Shown here in pieces: positions 9,120-16,306 of a DNA stretch of 24,000 nt. The DNA comes from Rickettsiales endosymbiont of Ecdyonurus torrentis (GTDB taxonomy: Bacteria > Pseudomonadota > Alphaproteobacteria > WRAU01 > Hepatincolaceae): assembly GCA_964020105.1 (NCBI GenBank), contig OZ026535.1, forward strand, positions 461,657 through 485,656, written 5' to 3'. Below the pieces are notes generated by a model that did not search any database, was not told the DNA's origin, and saw nothing but the letters and a program-made list of their open reading frames with translations. Within the stretch, counting starts at the first letter, position 1. The number at the start of each line of letters is the position of its first letter. A program made the position numbers and the translations under genes.

Positions 9120-10358
9120 TTGTCTAAGAGAGTTCTTCTTTTTATATTGGATGGCTTTGGTATTGGGGTTATGGATGATTATTTAAAATTCAACCCAAAG
9201 GATAGAGGAGCTAATACTGCCAAGAGTGTTTTATTGATAAATCCAGATATTAAGATACCAAATTTGTTAAAATTAGGTTTAATTAATGCCATAGGTGAAA
9301 ACATTGGTGAGTTTGATGTTTCAAGTAATGCTGTTTTTGGTAAGATGGCTTTAAAGCATTTTGGAGCAGATAGTTTTTTTGGCCATCAAGAAATAATGGG
9401 AACAGAGCCTAAAGAGCCATTGGAGAGACCATTTTTTGAAGTTGCTGAGAGTGTATATAATTTTTTAATTACAAAATCTATTAAAGTGAGAAAAGTATAC
9501 GCAAAAGATTTATCTTTAAGTAATGAAGAAAAGTTACTGTTTTTAGTAATTAATGAATGTGCAGTATTTGCAGATAATTTAGAAAGCATGCCAGGAAGCG
9601 TATATAATTTAACATGCTCACTGGATATAATTAGTTTTCAGAAGATACAAGAGTTGGCTAAATTATTAAGGAATGAATTAACTATTCCAAGAATTATTGC
9701 TTTTGGAGGCAGTGGAGTAACTTTGCAAAATATCTTGGAAGCAAGTGAAGTAAAGGGTAATTATTTTGGGATCAATGCTCCTAGAAGTGGTGTTTATAAA
9801 TGCAACTATCAGGTTGTGCATATGGGTTATGGAATAGATGCAACCAAACAGGTGCCATATTATTTAGAGAAAATCCATATTCCTACAATTTTTCTTGGCA
9901 AAGTTGCAGATATAGTTGTTAATAATTATGGTAAAAATATTCCTGGGGTTGCCACAGAGGTTATTTTAAAAAATACTCTGCAAGAATTTAAAAGCATAAA
10001 TAAGGGGTTTGTTTGTGCTAACATTCAAGAAACAGATTTAGCAGGACATGCTGAAGATGCAAAATTATTTGGTGAAAAAATACAAATTTTTGATGAATAT
10101 TTAACTTTCTTTTTGCAAGAAATGGACAAAGATGATTTATTAATGATTATAGCTGACCATGGTAATGATCCATGTATTAAACATTCTTTACATACTAGGG
10201 AGTACGTGCCTTTGCTGATTGCTTCTATTGAGAATCGCAAAAGTATTAAGGATCTGGGTATAAGGCATAGTATGGCAGATGTTGGTAAAACTATTTTGGA
10301 TTATTTTGCTGCAGAAAATAAGTTATTTGGTAAGTCATTTTTAGAAGATATTAAATAA
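9120..10358 (+). CDS. yhfW: Phosphopentomutase-like metalloenzyme (alkaline-phosphatase superfamily), YhfW-like, 412 aa
   Basis: TTG start at 9120 is supported by AGGAG (9107-9111) 8 nt upstream. DeoB-type metal-site motifs are present: LFILDGFGIG, ETDLAGHAEDA, IIADHGNDPC. The length (412 vs about 408 aa) and context match E. coli YhfW. Confidence 0.85.
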   Translation: MSKRVLLFILDGFGIGVMDDYLKFNPKDRGANTAKSVLLINPDIKIPNLLKLGLINAIGENIGEFDVSSNAVFGKMALKHFGADSFFGHQEIMGTEPKEPLERPFFEVAESVYNFLITKSIKVRKVYAKDLSLSNEEKLLFLVINECAVFADNLESMPGSVYNLTCSLDIISFQKIQELAKLLRNELTIPRIIAFGGSGVTLQNILEASEVKGNYFGINAPRSGVYKCNYQVVHMGYGIDATKQVPYYLEKIHIPTIFLGKVADIVVNNYGKNIPGVATEVILKNTLQEFKSINKGFVCANIQETDLAGHAEDAKLFGEKIQIFDEYLTFFLQEMDKDDLLMIIADHGNDPCIKHSLHTREYVPLLIASIENRKSIKDLGIRHSMADVGKTILDYFAAENKLFGKSFLEDIK

Positions 10359-10585
10359 TTAATATCTAGTCAGTCTAGTAGTAGCTGTAAAAAGAGAAAA
10401 TACATATAAATATAAAAAATCCATAAAACTAACAAGAAGAAATATGCTCAATTACTACGATGGCTTTTTAGTGCTCCAAAATAAGACTTAAATATCAAAG
10501 TAAAATATAAACCTGACTAATATAAATAGGTAAATCCCTTAGTGCAACAATAATAAATCCATATTGTGACAATTTACTAATTTAA

Positions 10586-11785
10586 TTATATAACCTGATT
10601 TTGTATATTAAATACAAATTTTGTATTTATAGAACGCTTAGATGGAGTATACTCTAGAGAATCTATATCTACTGATTGCAAACAATCCTTTGTAAATATA
10701 TCACTTAAAAAAGCGTACATTGTATCATATTTATCTTTGAATGTATTATTAAATTTAGTGTAATCAGTATGACAAAATAAATTATAAGGATCTGGATAGC
10801 CTTTCGGAAAAAAGCTATTTGGTATATTAAAATATTCTGCTAACTCTCTTGTTCTTGAATCAAAAGCATCAATATACGCTGGAATTCCTGCTAGCAAAGA
10901 CATTATATTTCCATGTATACGACAACCAAAAGAAAAGTGATATTGCTCATTTTTTAAATCATTATACCAATCTAAAAAATCACAGTATATCTTTATCCTG
11001 TTATTAAGATACAGTTTTAGCCAATGATGAGTACTATCTGCTAAATACTGACACTCTTTCCAAGTTAGTGCATCCGGCAGATATAATAACTTATAAAATT
11101 CATCCTGATCCACAAATGTAGATCTTGGATATTTCGTAAATATGTATCTATGAGTTACATCATTCCACAACCTAAAGCCATTGGTTGTTAAATTAAAATT
11201 TTCCATTGAAACTTCTTTTTTATTAACCTGTAGATCTCTTCCCTTAGCCATCATAGATATACAGCCAATAACTTTTGCATCATCGTAGGAAAAGCCTAGT
11301 TGATTAAATACTTCATGAGAAAAAAAACCTCTCAATCCTATCTTGCCTCTATTATTTAGTACTAGTTTGAAAAAATCATAGGCTTCATTTTTAATTTCTG
11401 TTATAAAAGTGGTTGAGTAACTATTGCAGGATTGTGCACCGGCAGAAATAACGTGGACAGGGATTTTTATTTGGTGAAATAGTTTTGTCATTAACGGTAA
11501 CATATCTTTCATATATATTGATATAATGTTAGCTGGAAGCAGTACTAGGCTAGAGTAATTTTCATTTATATAATTTATTTCCTCAGGAGTGATTGCTAAT
11601 AGACTACCTAAGCCATTTTCTCTGACATCATAACATTTGTCTTTTAGAGCTGATTGCAGGGCGAACTCGAAGACAATATTGCCTGTGTTACCACCAATAC
11701 GACTCTTAACCACAGAGTGATGGGAAGAATAGTTAAATGGTTTCCTATGATCCTTTCCTAAAACTAATAAAAATTTCTGACTCAT
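10586..11785 (-). CDS. Polysaccharide pyruvyl-transferase-family-like protein, 399 aa
   Basis: ATG is preceded by GAGGT. The N-terminal IGGNTGNIVFEFA resembles the G-x-x-N-x-G-D/N motif of this family. The C-terminal FGCRIHGNIMSLLAGIPAYIDAFDSRTRELAEYFNIP resembles the conserved R-x-H...G-x-P segment. Called from motif memory only. Confidence 0.6.
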   Translation of the reverse strand: MSQKFLLVLGKDHRKPFNYSSHHSVVKSRIGGNTGNIVFEFALQSALKDKCYDVRENGLGSLLAITPEEINYINENYSSLVLLPANIISIYMKDMLPLMTKLFHQIKIPVHVISAGAQSCNSYSTTFITEIKNEAYDFFKLVLNNRGKIGLRGFFSHEVFNQLGFSYDDAKVIGCISMMAKGRDLQVNKKEVSMENFNLTTNGFRLWNDVTHRYIFTKYPRSTFVDQDEFYKLLYLPDALTWKECQYLADSTHHWLKLYLNNRIKIYCDFLDWYNDLKNEQYHFSFGCRIHGNIMSLLAGIPAYIDAFDSRTRELAEYFNIPNSFFPKGYPDPYNLFCHTDYTKFNNTFKDKYDTMYAFLSDIFTKDCLQSVDIDSLEYTPSKRSINTKFVFNIQNQVI

Positions 11786-11942
11786 GTTACCTCATATATG
11801 TTTTGATACATGGAATATTCATAAATATATACAATAGTGGTAAAAATAGCAAATTAAATTCTGACTCATGCTACCTCATATGTGTTATTATACACAGAAT
11901 ATCTATGATTATATACAATAATAGTAAAAATAGCAAATTAAA
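11775..11942. repeat. Tandem direct duplication, 2 x 84 bp (72/84 identical, no indels), covering the 5' end, SD and upstream region of the minus-strand gene
   Basis: Copy 1 is 11775-11858 and copy 2 is 11859-11942. I aligned them base by base and found 12 mismatches. Both copies begin with TTCTGACTCATG, whose reverse complement carries ATGAGTCAGAA (Met-Ser-Gln...) preceded by GAGGT. Confidence 0.9.
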
Positions 11943-11945
11943 TAT

Positions 11946-11974
11946 TTGTAATATCTAATAAAAATTGCTATTAT
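11946..11974 (+). promoter_or_regulatory. Candidate promoter for the plus-strand glycan operon
   Basis: TTGTAA (11946-11951), 17-nt spacer, TATTAT (11969-11974), 27 nt upstream of the ATG at 12001. Weak evidence in AT-rich DNA. Confidence 0.25.
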
Positions 11975-12000
11975 ATGGTTGTTTTATGTGGGAATGATAA

Positions 12001-12933
12001 ATGAAATTGGCTGTTCAGATCTTTGGTCACTTAAGAACTTATGGAGTGTGTCATAGGTCATTATATAAGAATATATTATCTAGATATTCTTGTGATATTT
12101 TTATACATACATGGTCAGATGTTAATCATTATAATCAGTACTGGAATAAAGAAGTTGTAAAACAGATTAACTCACATAATATAGTGGATGATATAAAAAA
12201 AATTTATGCACCAAAAAAACTTCTGATAGAAGATCAGAAGCAAGAAAAAATTGGTAAAGCAAAAAAATTAATCAATAAAAATATAAATATCGATTCTATA
12301 AAGTCGATGTATCATAGTATGACTTCTGTCAATAATCTACGTCTATCATACGAGGAAGAAACAAGTACCAAATATGATTTTGTCATTATGCTTCGACCAG
12401 ATCTTTATTTTAGAAAGCCTTTTATAATAGAGGATTATTTCAAAGACATTGATCCACATATAATAGAGGAAACTGTATTTACAGCGGGACTTCCATTAGG
12501 TTCGTTATACTCCTCATTTAAATCAATAGAAGCTGCAGATGTATTTTTTTTTGCTAGACCTTATCTTATAAATAAGATTTATTCCGTAGAGAATATTGCA
12601 GTATCTTTAGCGGAAGAGATAGTTGTAACAACACCTAGCATTGAATACTTGCTAGCAAAATCCATTAAGAATGCTGGATATACTATGATTCTTATAAATT
12701 ACATTTATAAAAAAGATTTTAGTATTATAAGACCTTTTAATATTAAGGATCTCAGATTTTCAAACATTAAGAAAATTCGAAGAGGACTATTTAGTGTGAG
12801 GATCAATAAAAATAGAATCCATATAGTAATTTTAGGGTTGTGTGTGCGTAGATTTTTAAGAATAACCTTTCATATTGGAGAAGGATATTGTATAAATATA
12901 TGTTTAGGAAATGGATACATAAATGTTATGTAA
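12001..12933 (+). CDS. Hypothetical protein, 310 aa, first gene of the glycan-modification operon (function not recognised)
   Basis: ATG-initiated ORF in the same orientation as the five downstream genes and closely spaced with them. I cannot confidently name any motif. The assignment to glycan biosynthesis rests on context only. Confidence 0.6.
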   Translation: MKLAVQIFGHLRTYGVCHRSLYKNILSRYSCDIFIHTWSDVNHYNQYWNKEVVKQINSHNIVDDIKKIYAPKKLLIEDQKQEKIGKAKKLINKNINIDSIKSMYHSMTSVNNLRLSYEEETSTKYDFVIMLRPDLYFRKPFIIEDYFKDIDPHIIEETVFTAGLPLGSLYSSFKSIEAADVFFFARPYLINKIYSVENIAVSLAEEIVVTTPSIEYLLAKSIKNAGYTMILINYIYKKDFSIIRPFNIKDLRFSNIKKIRRGLFSVRINKNRIHIVILGLCVRRFLRITFHIGEGYCINICLGNGYINVM

Positions 12934-12949
12934 TTTAAAGAGGAATAAA

Positions 12950-13696
12950 ATGCTAAATATAGTTTTGCCAATGGCTGGAAGAGGAAGTAGGTTTGCTGAT
13001 GCTGGTTACAAAACTCCCAAACCGCTTATTGAAATTAATAATGTTCCTATGATAAAAGTTGTAGTAGACAATCTTACACCAATTAGGGAGCATAGATTTA
13101 TTTTTGTTTGTCAAAAAGAGCACGTTGAAAAGTATGATTTGCTTCCTAAATTGAAGTCATATGCTAAGAATGTTGAAATTATTACAATAGATAGAATCAC
13201 AGAAGGTCAGGTATGCACAGCTCTGCTTGCTAAAAGATTCTTTGATAATGATGAGCCTCTTATGAATGCAAATTCTGATCAATATATTGATTTTGATATT
13301 AATGAGTATCTTGATGCTATGGACGCTAGGAGTCTTGATGGTATGATTATGACTATGAAATCACAAGATTCAAAGTGGTCATATGCTAAAATCAATAATG
13401 AGGGGTTGGTTGTTGAAACAGCAGAAAAAAAGGTAATATCAGATGACGCTGCTGTGGGAATTTTTAATTTTGCTAAAGGTAAATATTTGGTACGTTCAGC
13501 AGAACAGATGATAAAAGATAATATTAGAGTCAATGGTGAATTTTATACTTGTCCATGCTATAATTATCTGATAAAAGAGGGGAAAAAAATAGGTATATAT
13601 AATATTGGTGAGGAGTATAACGGTATGTATGGGCTTGGAATACCTGAAGATCTTAATTTTTTTATCAAAAGTAAAATATCCCAAAGGATTAAATAG
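12950..13696 (+). CDS. Sugar-phosphate nucleotidyltransferase-like protein (GT-A fold), 248 aa
   Basis: The ORF track starts at 12923. ATG 12950 is preferred because AAGAGGA (12938-12944) lies upstream and this start avoids overlap with the previous gene. The N-terminal signature LPMAGRGSRFADAGYKTPKPLI is the G-x-G-[ST]-R plus Lys NTP-binding loop of nucleotidyltransferases. Confidence 0.8.
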   Translation: MLNIVLPMAGRGSRFADAGYKTPKPLIEINNVPMIKVVVDNLTPIREHRFIFVCQKEHVEKYDLLPKLKSYAKNVEIITIDRITEGQVCTALLAKRFFDNDEPLMNANSDQYIDFDINEYLDAMDARSLDGMIMTMKSQDSKWSYAKINNEGLVVETAEKKVISDDAAVGIFNFAKGKYLVRSAEQMIKDNIRVNGEFYTCPCYNYLIKEGKKIGIYNIGEEYNGMYGLGIPEDLNFFIKSKISQRIK

Positions 13697-13700
13697 GATC

Positions 13701-14330
13701 ATGCTTATTTTGTCGCATAGAGGGTATTGGAAAGATGACAAGGAAAAAAATCAAAAAATAGCTTTTCAGCGTAGTTTTGATATGGGGTTTGGTACAGAGA
13801 CAGATGTGCGGGATAGTATGGGGAAAATTGTTATTGCACATGATATGCCGATGGGAGGTGAGATAACACTTGAAAATTTGTTAGATATAATGGCAGGGCG
13901 CAATTTACCACTTGCACTTAATATTAAGGCTGATGGGCTATGTGAAATTGTTAGGGATATTTTAGGTAAATATGGTCATCATAACTATTTTTGTTTTGAT
14001 ATGTCTATTCCTGATATGATAATATACATGAGGAAAAGTGTTAAGTTTTTTACAGGATTAAGTGATATATTATCAAAGCCTGTACTTTTAGAGGAAGCAG
14101 ATGGTGTGTGGCTTGATAGTTTTAATAGTGATTGGTATCAGCACCACTTGATTGATGAAATTATAAATGAAAATAAGACTGTATGTGTGGTATCTTCTGA
14201 TTTACATAAAAGGTCTAATAAAGAGCAATGGGGTATTATAAAAAAATCCCATAATATAAATAGTGATAAGCTGATATTATGTACTGATTATCCAGAGGAA
14301 GCTAGGAGATATTTCAATGAGAAAAATTAA
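13701..14330 (+). CDS. Glycerophosphodiester-phosphodiesterase (GDPD)-like protein, 209 aa
   Basis: ATG 13701 follows the upstream stop by 4 nt, with AGGA upstream. The 13605 start would overlap the previous gene by 92 nt. The N-terminus LSHRGYW...NQKIAFQRSFDMGFGTETDVRD fits the GDPD pattern H-R-G...N...AF...E-x-D. Confidence 0.68.
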   Translation: MLILSHRGYWKDDKEKNQKIAFQRSFDMGFGTETDVRDSMGKIVIAHDMPMGGEITLENLLDIMAGRNLPLALNIKADGLCEIVRDILGKYGHHNYFCFDMSIPDMIIYMRKSVKFFTGLSDILSKPVLLEEADGVWLDSFNSDWYQHHLIDEIINENKTVCVVSSDLHKRSNKEQWGIIKKSHNINSDKLILCTDYPEEARRYFNEKN

Positions 14331-14955
14331 AGCAGTTTTATTTGATATGGATGGGGTGTTGATAGAGGCAAAGGATTGGCATTATGAGGCTTTAAATAAG
14401 TCATTAGGGCTTTTTGGTTATAAAATTGAGCGTTATGAACATCTTACTAGTTATGATGGTTTGCCTACTAAGACAAAGCTAAAAAAACTCTCTAAAGAAA
14501 AGGGGCTTCCTGAGGCGTTACATGATTTTATAAATGAAATGAAACAACAATATACAATTTATATGATACATCAATTATGTCGACCTTGTTTTAATCATGA
14601 GTACTTATTGTCTCGTTTAAAGCACGAAGGGTATAAATTAGCTGTTGGTTCTAATTCCATACGTAAGACTGTAGAAATGATGATGGATTATGCTAAACTA
14701 ACACAGTATTTTGATTGTATGATTTCTAATCAAGATGTTAAAAACTCTAAGCCAGATCCAGAAATATATTGTAGAGCAATGAATTTGTTAAATGTAAAAC
14801 CAAATGAGTGTTTGATAGTAGAGGATAATGAGAATGGGATTAAAGCAGCTAATGCTTCTGGGGGGCATGTCTTAATAGTTAGAGATGTTAATGAAGTTAC
14901 TTATGAAGCAGTTAAAAATAAGATTTATGAAATTGAAAATGAGGTAAAGCTATGA
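14317..14955 (+). CDS. HAD-superfamily hydrolase (subfamily IA-like phosphatase / phosphomutase), 212 aa
   Basis: HAD motif I VLFDMDGVLIE, motif II VGSNS, motif III/IV K-P...VEDNENGIKAA. TAGGAG (14303-14308) lies 8 nt upstream. It overlaps the previous gene by 14 nt. Confidence 0.85.
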   Translation: MRKIKAVLFDMDGVLIEAKDWHYEALNKSLGLFGYKIERYEHLTSYDGLPTKTKLKKLSKEKGLPEALHDFINEMKQQYTIYMIHQLCRPCFNHEYLLSRLKHEGYKLAVGSNSIRKTVEMMMDYAKLTQYFDCMISNQDVKNSKPDPEIYCRAMNLLNVKPNECLIVEDNENGIKAANASGGHVLIVRDVNEVTYEAVKNKIYEIENEVKL

Positions 14956-15683
14956 AAATAGTATTCTTGATGGGAGGACATAGTATTTCTCAGAGCAATG
15001 AAGATTATCCATTATGTTTTGCAGAAATTAATGGAGAGCTTGTTTTAGAGAAACATATACAGTATTGTTTAGAATTAAAACCATCAGAGTTGATATTCTG
15101 TGTTAGAGCTGAAGATATAAAGAGATATTGTATTGATGAGGTTATTAAGCGGTTGGATTCAGAAGCAAATATAGTCACTATTAATACACAAACTAGGGGT
15201 GCTGTTTGTACAGCTTTGCTTGGGATTGAGTATATTAATAATGATGAAGAGTTGATAGTTATGGCTGTTGATGATTTCATTGAGGGTGGTGGTGTTAGTA
15301 TAATAAAAGAGTTTAGAGAGAAAAATCACGCTGCTGGTATTGTGTATTTCAGCTCTGTTCATCCTAGATATTCTTTTGCTAAGATTAATAATGGTGAGGT
15401 TGTTGAAGTTGCTGAGAAGCATCCTATAAGTAAAAATGCTTTAGTGAGTTTTTATTATTTTCAAAAAGGACTAGATTTTGTTAGGTGTGCTATGGAGGTT
15501 ATTCGTAAGGATAGCCCTGTGAAAGATGCTTTTTATATAAGTCAGACATTGAATGAAATGATTTTACAACAGAAAACAGTTGGTGCTTATAAGATTGATA
15601 ATAGTAAGTTTCATCCGTTAAAAACAAAAATTCAATTAGCACAGTATATAACATATTTAAAAGAGATGAGAGATAGTAAATGA
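14952..15683 (+). CDS. Paralogue of the 12950-13696 nucleotidyltransferase-like protein with a degenerate NTP-binding loop, 243 aa
   Basis: Clear paralogy: RGAVCTALLGIEYINNDEELIVMAVDDFI vs EGQVCTALLAKRFFDNDEPLMNANSDQYI, and YSFAKINNGEVVEVAEKHPIS vs WSYAKINNEGLVVETAEKKVIS. The N-terminal loop is FLMGGHSISQSNEDYPLCF instead of LPMAGRGSRFADAGYKTPKPLI. ATGA start/stop overlap with the upstream gene. Confidence 0.72.
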   Translation: MKIVFLMGGHSISQSNEDYPLCFAEINGELVLEKHIQYCLELKPSELIFCVRAEDIKRYCIDEVIKRLDSEANIVTINTQTRGAVCTALLGIEYINNDEELIVMAVDDFIEGGGVSIIKEFREKNHAAGIVYFSSVHPRYSFAKINNGEVVEVAEKHPISKNALVSFYYFQKGLDFVRCAMEVIRKDSPVKDAFYISQTLNEMILQQKTVGAYKIDNSKFHPLKTKIQLAQYITYLKEMRDSK

Positions 15684-16003
15684 GGTTAGCAAAACTGGAT
15701 TCTATGACAAAAGGTTGGTTTATAGGTAATTTTTTACCAAGTTTATCTAAAACAGATGCTTGTGAGGTTGCTGTTAAGCATTATAAAAAGGGGGATACCG
15801 AGGCAAAACATTATCATAAGATTGCTGTTGAGTACACTGTGATTGTTTTTGGAGTGGTTCTTATGAATGGAGTAGAATATGGGGCAGGAGATATAATTAT
15901 TATGGAACCCAATGAAGCAACAGATTTTAAGGTATTATCGGATACTGCGGTAAATGTGGTAGTTAAATTGCCTTCAGTTAAAAATGATAAATATTTAGTT
16001 TAA
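15680..16003 (+). CDS. Small cupin-domain protein, 107 aa
   Basis: Exact fit to cupin motif 1, G(X)5HXH(X)4E(X)6G, in KGDTEAKHYHKIAVEYTVIVFG. ATGA overlap with the upstream gene indicates translational coupling. Confidence 0.75.
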   Translation: MRLAKLDSMTKGWFIGNFLPSLSKTDACEVAVKHYKKGDTEAKHYHKIAVEYTVIVFGVVLMNGVEYGAGDIIIMEPNEATDFKVLSDTAVNVVVKLPSVKNDKYLV

Positions 16004-16306
16004 AAATCTAATTTCTGATTATAGGCTTTCAATAGCAAGCTTTATAAGAAGATGTACTATATTAGTATACAATTCAAGTAGAGAGAATATTGTAATTATT
16101 GCTCCCAATTATGTTTTCCTTGATTTTTTCCGGCAGTTGTTTTCGAGCTAAGTGTTAATTTTTATATTATTTAGGGTTGTATAGAAAAATAATGGTTTTG
16201 TGGTAAAAAAAGTTTGAATAGGGAGATTAGTAAAAAAGGCGTATAGTTACAATTAGAAAGAATATATTGCTCAGTTGTCACTCAAATCATCATACAAGGA
16301 AAAAAC

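Noticed and set aside
11775-11942. Possibility that the tandem repeat is a CRISPR array
   Set aside because: There are only two adjacent 84-bp copies with no spacers between them and about 86% identity. The repeat includes a gene's start codon. No cas genes are present in the window.
11737-11958. 73-aa plus-strand ORF spanning the divergent intergenic region
   Set aside because: Its internally repeated peptide (SDSCYLIYVLIHGI...NSKLN twice) is simply the 84-bp tandem repeat read through in one frame. It also overlaps the 5' end of the minus-strand gene.
13279-15422. Antisense ORFs at 13279-13533, 13496-13741, 15005-15280 and 15159-15422 (-) within the glycan operon
   Set aside because: These are short shadow frames opposite well-supported, translationally coupled plus-strand genes. 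They have no motifs.
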